38,471 bases of DNA, taken from assembly GCA_000934665.2 (NCBI GenBank), contig JYFJ02000929.1, positions 62,001 to 100,471 on the forward strand. Reading direction: 5' to 3'. This document shows, one piece after another, positions 32,304 to 38,471 of the stretch (position 1 is the first letter of the stretch; each line of letters begins with the position of its first letter). This DNA comes from Catajapyx aquilonaris (taxonomy: Eukaryota). Under the pieces are notes generated by a model, which was not told the origin of the DNA, ran no database searches, and saw only the letters and a program-made list of their open reading frames with translations. The position numbers were made by a program, and so were the translations under genes.

Positions 32304-32919
32304 GAAGATTTGACCTTGACATTTTTCGTTCTTTTTGAGATAAGTCTGTACTACTTTGATGACATGGATCAAGTTCTCCAAATTGTTACGAGACTTTTGA
32401 TGTATCGGCCACAATCATAAGACAAATAGTTACGAAGATAATCGCAGAATCGCAATGGCAAGTTTCGAGATGTGCCCATTATTGACCTTAACCTTTACGC
32501 GTGACCTATTGACCTCCGGGAGCTGAAAATACGACATTTAAGCTACTGTTACGGATTCAAATCAGGGTACTGATCATAATTTCTGACAAAAAATGTAGGG
32601 TGGCATTTTAAATTTAATTTGGGCGAATAGTCCTGGGTTCCCCAAGCTGGCAGATGACAATGGTATTCATCAGAAAATTATTTACAAAAAAAAAATTGCA
32701 AGATTCATTCACGCTTTAAATTTGATAGGCCGTTCAGCTGTTGATTGCTGCTCTGATGCAACTATAGGAATTATGGGACTTCCTATCCTGCTTTGATGCA
32801 GTGAACTGTTTTGGCATTATCAAAAAGAAATATTTTTTTGCCTTCTTTTCATCCACCACAAAGAGATGGGCAGTTCTAAAACCATTATTCAGTCAAAAGT
32901 GCTGAAACATTTGTCAGAC

Positions 32920-33340
32920 ACTAGGTGGGAGGATGCAAAAGCCACAGAAGCTACTTTAGAAAGCTACAATGCCCCACTGAGAGACTAGTTTCTCCATGCC
33001 ACTGCAGAGTAAACGTCGTGTCGGTCGGCTGGGTGGAACGTGGAATGCCAGTGGCTGATGGCCTCTTTCACTTCCTCATTGTTGCTGAGGTTTTGACGGG
33101 CCAGTGCTTTGGTCCTAAGATATGGTGGACCATAGTTAAGACCATCATTTAGTACCAATGAAGAAGCACCTGGCCGATCAGCACTTCAGCAACATTGAGG
33201 AGATGAAAGCCACTGGATTCCCAGCCAGCCTGATGCTTTTTTCTGCTGTAGCATGGAAAAACTAGTGTTCCAGTGGGACAAATGCACCAAAGTGTATGGT
33301 GACGATGCCTAAAATTAGAGAAAGACTTGCCCTTTCATAC
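32920..33340. mobile_element. Second mariner-derived foldback with inverted transposase 3' ends
   Basis: Plus strand MKKHLADQHFSNIEEMKA...FCCSMEKLVFQWDKCTKVYGD; inverted copy at about 32970-33110. Confidence 0.7.
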
Positions 33341-33427
33341 AGTATGCATATGCCAGTGTGACCCGGTCACACCAGTTTTAGTATGTGTAGTGAAAATAGT
33401 GAAAAGGAGGGCTGCACAGATTTAAAA

Positions 33428-34956
33428 CTGGTCTACAAAGAAAATTGATTTTGTACCTGGCTTTCGATGACAACTTTCCAATGGGTCATTCCCAACCTGA
33501 AATTGCATTTTGAAATTCTGAAAAATGATTTGAGTTGAAAATGTGTGTTGTTATAGCAAGCTCTTGTTATAGGGCCAATAATTTTACACGGTCACGAGTA
33601 AGTGGATATTACGGACATGCTATGGATCTGATTAGGATTTTCTTTCTTAGGGCCAGTTGCACCGGCCTCAGTATAACTTAGAACAATTCTTGTTATACCC
33701 GAGGTTCTAAGTTATACCCCTGCTAATACTAAGAAAATGTTGGTAAAATTATTCCATCAAGTGCTGATTTATCTTGGAAACAAGTTGGCTACACACCGTT
33801 GATGATCCAACCTGCAGGGCTGCAACATAATTAAATTCGTGGGTTTATCTTTTCTGACTCTTTATTTGATAAAGTGAAACATCTTATAATGCGTGATACA
33901 TTTCTTTTATTTCTCCCAGTTTAAAGATCATATAATAATATGTTGCATATTATCAATAATTTGCTTATATCTGTATAATAAGGTACTATATCGGTCAAAA
34001 ACATAGAGACGATTTTGCATTTGACTCAAGTGCAGCCTGCACTTGAATCAAATGAAAAATTGTCTCTATGTTTTTGAGCGATATAGTACATTTAATGTAC
34101 CTTATTATACAGATATTAGTGAATTATTATATTATATTATATTATTATACAAGCATATTTATGATCTTTAAGTTTCAGATCCGCATAACAAAAAAACCAT
34201 AATTACGACCAATGATGTCTATTTTATGCTTCCATGATATTTCAATTGCTGAACAATAATGTAATTGTGAGATATGTGAGCTCAAGAAAGGAAAATAGCA
34301 GAAAACCACAAACCTTAACATCATGACAGTGTCAATATCAAATGAATTTTTAAGAAGAATGATATAACAGAAAATTTAAATAAACACCTCTAATGAGTGC
34401 TCTAGAAGAAAGCTCATTTTGCCAGACAGCAGCAAGTAGCAGTAGAGGATATCAAATTGCGTAATATACAAAATAATGATAGTCACACATATCAGACATG
34501 ATTGTGTCACAGTGCCGAATATTAATCATTACCTACAACATACTGAAAACTTACTCTCCGAATCACACCAACTGAGAATCTCATTGCCGGTACAAAAGAA
34601 AAGTTACTAAAACTGAAGTCCTCAACATTATTTTGATTTCATTGCGCCCATTGGCTGTTGCCATGGTGAATGAATAATTTGCAGTAAGAATGGTTCCATC
34701 TTATGTTAGCGTACTTTCCCACCTAGTATTAGAGAGGCATTTTTATTACGATTACAAGTTGGAGTGAATGGAGTACCGTAGACCAAATAAATGCTGAACA
34801 AGTCCCTGACATTATCACATAGTTATGGACATTTAATTGTCCACACTTTGCATCAATAAGTAGCAACATGGAGCAGTGTAAAATCTGAATGGAATTACAA
34901 GTAACATGAACTAATAACTGCTCCATGCCTACGCTTCATGAGGCACACTTTTTACC
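33428..34956. repeat. Paralogue of the ATF7IP 3' region forming the F-box gene 3' flank/UTR
   Basis: Collinear with 1699-2973; similarity ends at tttttacc, which contains the F-box stop codon. Confidence 0.88.
33984..34088. mobile_element. Palindromic mini-MITE of about 105 bp, copy 2 of 2
   Basis: tactatatcg...gattttgcatttgactcaagtgca...tgcacttgaatcaaatg...cgatatagta. Confidence 0.82.
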
Positions 34957-36166
34957 TGAAGTCATCGTTACATCCACAAACCAACATGTGACAGTCATTC
35001 TCAAGATCATAACAAATGCCTGTATCGTGAAACACTACTGGAGGACCGTCCTTCTGCCTGCACACGTCCATAAAATCCTTGAGTAAATCTTCGTCTTCAT
35101 GTCCAATACGCACCAATCGGAGAGGATCCATCGCCCATCTGTATATGAAGTCTCGGAAGAAATTCAGGTTGAGGGCATGATTGAAAAGGATGTGGAGCGT
35201 GCGAAGAGCGGGGCAGTTGTCTGCAATGAGACGCAGACATGCTTCGGATAATGTGACCCACATCAGGTTCAGATTCTCCAGGCGCCCAACGACTTCTTTT
35301 CTGGCCAGGAAGTGCCGCAGTGCCTCAGGAGTCAAGCCTACAGCTCCTTTAAGTTTGAGGTCACGCAGGTTGGTCAGCGATCCGACTCCATGCAGCAGGC
35401 TTTCGTCGCACATTTCACACGCGTCGTCAATATGCAGCACTTGCAGTTGTTGACATTTTGCCAACAGCCACCCAACATCATCTTCATCCAGCCAGCTGAT
35501 CTGCAGTCTCTCTAACTGCGGTCCAATTATGGTCAGCAAATCTATCTGCCACTGAGTAGTGGCCATCAGTTCCTCCATAATCAGCTCTTTCAGAGAAGTG
35601 CAATTCCCATGGATGCGTTGAGCACATGTAGGTGAAATCCAGTTAGGGCAGGGAGAAAAGACAGAGCGCAGGCCATACCGCTTCATTCTGGAAGTAACGT
35701 CAAAAGCCCTCACTTCACACGACCTTAGCTCAGTGCAGGACATGAACATTGCTTGGATAGTTTTTCCTTCGGCGGTGCAACCATCCAAGGTGAGTTCCTC
35801 CAGATGCGAGCAGTGATTGGCCACAGCAGCCAAAATGTCGTCGCAACGTTGGTGGATCCCCATCAGGATCTTCAGTTTCTTCGACAACGGGGCCTTGTGC
35901 AACTGAGCGACGCACGTGTCTATGGGGATGTCGTCCGTCACCTCCATCGTGGTCCACAGCCCCGAGTCGTTTTGGACGACCACTGCCCAATTCTGGCATA
36001 CCCGAGGAAGTACCATCAGCTTCTCCTCCGTTGACAGGTAGGAGAACACCTTGACCATGACGTCAAGCACGAGCATCCTGTTGAAGTGGTCATCTGGCCC
36101 AAAATCTTCCTCCATTTTATTCGCAAAAATGTCTCCAGTCGAGACGCCAAATCTGAAACCAAGCAT
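34952..36166 (-). CDS. F-box/leucine-rich-repeat protein (FBXL-like), uninterrupted ORF; start may instead be the ATG at 36115
   Basis: 404-aa ORF; F-box LVLDVMVKVFSYLSTEEKLMVLPRVCQNWAVVVQNDSGLW; LRRs such as CSHLEELTLDGC, CQQLQVLHIDDA, LTNLRDLKLKG, CPALRTLHI; atttacag acceptor just upstream (36173-36174). Confidence 0.9.
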   Translation of the reverse strand: MLGFRFGVSTGDIFANKMEEDFGPDDHFNRMLVLDVMVKVFSYLSTEEKLMVLPRVCQNWAVVVQNDSGLWTTMEVTDDIPIDTCVAQLHKAPLSKKLKILMGIHQRCDDILAAVANHCSHLEELTLDGCTAEGKTIQAMFMSCTELRSCEVRAFDVTSRMKRYGLRSVFSPCPNWISPTCAQRIHGNCTSLKELIMEELMATTQWQIDLLTIIGPQLERLQISWLDEDDVGWLLAKCQQLQVLHIDDACEMCDESLLHGVGSLTNLRDLKLKGAVGLTPEALRHFLARKEVVGRLENLNLMWVTLSEACLRLIADNCPALRTLHILFNHALNLNFFRDFIYRWAMDPLRLVRIGHEDEDLLKDFMDVCRQKDGPPVVFHDTGICYDLENDCHMLVCGCNDDFR

Positions 36167-36582
36167 TATACTCTGTAAATGTAAATATTTATAACAATGT
36201 TGTAACAGATGAGTGCAACCTCCCTTTGAGAGGTCTGTTCGATCGAAGACACGAGGTAAAACCTACCACTTGTTTACCCCACCTTAAACCATCCATACAT
36301 ATTATACTGTATAATAATTATTAGAAACAACAAACGCATGACAAGTGCATGTGGTGCGATTAACTGTTCTTTTCAACTCTCCGTAAATTGGTACTTGGGT
36401 TAACAATAATATTGTACTTCCGCCCCTTACAGCACTCAGCCAGACGTACCCCTTCCCTGACCTTCAACCCAACACTCATTTTGAACCCCCACCAACCCTT
36501 TTGTCCTACTTTGTCCTTACTTGGAAAAATATCATGCCCCGCCTCACCCAAGAGCTACGTCATTGTGACATTCACTAAATAT

Positions 36583-36690
36583 CCCAGGTAGCACAAAAGT
36601 TGGGCCAATATTGGGCGAATGTCGGCCCAATAGCTTGAATCTTGGGCCAACATTGGTCCAATATTGGCCCAACTTTTTGTGCTACCTGGG
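36583..36690. mobile_element. CMC/EnSpm-type mini-MITE
   Basis: tat|CCCAGGTAGCACAAAA...TTTTGTGCTACCTGGG|tat with internal ttggg/cccaa subterminal repeats. Confidence 0.75.
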
Positions 36691-38471
36691 TATTATTGAT
36701 GCTTATTTGAAATGCGCCACAATTTTCAAATAATAATTTGTAGGCAAAATTTCAGGTAAGGTGCTGCAGAAAGCCTTGCAGGTTTCTATATACAGTATAT
36801 ATATATTCTGAATCTACTCGATGAGATGAGTCGAATGACACTATTCCTAGTGTGCGGAAATGCTTGGTGCAAGAGTAATTGAATTTTGAAATTGCAAGTA
36901 ATAACAATGAATAAATGAAAAATAAACAAGTGTTCCTTTGTTGAAACAGTTTACTTCCATTAGTGTTGAGTGAATGAATATCCATGACAATTTTAAACGT
37001 AGTTTGGGGGTTGTGTGTTCGCAGCATCACTGTCCGCATTGTGGCGGCGTAGATGTGGGTGTTGCGTGATGTAGGTGTGGCAAAGCCACAATAACGTTCG
37101 TTGGCCTGCGGCGCCACAGGACGGACAGTAAATGTTGTGGATACAGAAACCCACAATAAGCGCCCAGCTCCGCTATTGCTCCGCAAAAACTAAAAATATC
37201 ACGCACAGGCGACGTACCGTGCCTGGCAGGGCCACAAAACGGACAGTACTGGTGCGGTCACTCCAACGCCTCACAGATAACACCAACAGAGTGGGGCATG
37301 CCTTGAGTAATTAAAAAAGCTTTTTTACGGCAACACTACTTGTTGGCGGGCAAGAGGCCTCGAGCAGTGGCCCAGGAGATACCAAGCAACCTCCCTCATT
37401 ACTTCCAGGAAGGCTTGCCCAATTATTCCTGATAAGCACCGATGCAATGCCTCGGCCATGGACGCTCCTGAATGATGTTAAATTAAACTCCTTCACTCTC
37501 GTTCTATGTCCAACGAACCAAGAACAACCGTTTATTTACATCATTCAGCATCCCTCACCAGCTCGTTTCCACGGAGAATCACCTCACGCAACAATGGGAG
37601 TGAACAGTTTCAACAAAGGAACACTTGTTTACTTTCATTTTATTCATTGTTATAACGTGCAATTTCAAAAAAGCGTTTCCGCACTCTCGGAATAGTGTCA
37701 GCATTCGACTCAGCTCATCGAGTAGATTCGGGAAATATATAGAAAACTGGAAAGTTTTTGCGGACCTAAACTGCACCGAAGCCCATTACCTCAGACGATC
37801 AACACGCAACTTTTAAAATACAGGCCATCATTCGACATTCGGGCCGATGACGAAGGGGTTGTGCACAAACGCGCGTACCTGTGTCTAATAATGTGCCACA
37901 ATCCAATGGCGCACCCACCTTTTTTTGGTTATCTCCAGTTAGTGATTCCAGTCCACTTTCCACTGAGGTCTGGTATTACTGGTAATCCACTGCAGACTGC
38001 ACAACCGATCACTAGACAAGTCTCCTCTTGACTGGCAGGAAGGAACAGAGAACAAAGAAGAGTGTCCACCTCTCCTCCAGCATTGCCAAAGTTAGTAGGT
38101 ACCGGCAAGAGCTAATATTAGCTCTTGGTACCGGTAAGGATTGTCGATCCCTCCGCGTGGCATCATTGGCCAGACTGAAAAGGGTCACGGGGAAAACCAC
38201 ACGTGCTGTTTTTCTCGCACGTGGTCCAAGTGTCCCTATAGTCCATTTATATAATATCGCAATTTACGCTCGAAGCTATCAGTAATTGAGGGCACAATTA
38301 ATAAGGTGGTGGGGATGGGGGGCTCCCTCGCCGTTTTTTCTGCAAATTGCGCAAATAATATCAGTTGTCGCTTATGTCGACCAGTAAGGTGCTGGTCCGT
38401 CAGGTGGTGGGAATAATGCACGTAATGTCCAGATGCAACTAATAGTTTATTTACACCATATGGAAAGGCAA

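Noticed and set aside
35181..36034. Several ORFs antisense or out of frame to the F-box gene (likewise those antisense to ATF7IP and Myb exons)
   Set aside because: Shadow ORFs of real coding sequence

Overview
Animal (most likely arthropod/invertebrate) genomic DNA, about 40% GC, with short spliceosomal introns and many transposon relics; this is not a prokaryotic region. It holds three apparently intact genes. (1) A 15-coding-exon ATF7IP/MCAF1/Windei orthologue on the minus strand (3252-15037, about 951 aa, with SIM and C-terminal FN3 domain, and one GC-AG intron). (2) A 4-exon Harbinger-type Myb/SANT plus coiled-coil gene on the plus strand (26492-27594, about 303 aa). (3) An F-box/LRR gene with an uninterrupted ORF on the minus strand (34952-36166). 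There is also a two-exon failed-axon-connections (fax)-like pseudogene, SINEs with target-site duplications (TSDs), and many foldback/MITE elements (Tc1/mariner, piggyBac-like, Sola2, hAT, CMC types). Two features remain unexplained. First, a diverged tandem triplication (about 20.8-26.0 kb) of a CpG-rich non-coding unit that conserves promoter-like motifs, a dyad/helix and a splice donor pointing toward ATF7IP. Second, a 1.3-1.5 kb paralogue of the ATF7IP 3' region that begins exactly at, and supplies, the F-box stop codon. All alignments and translations were done by eye; no searches were run.
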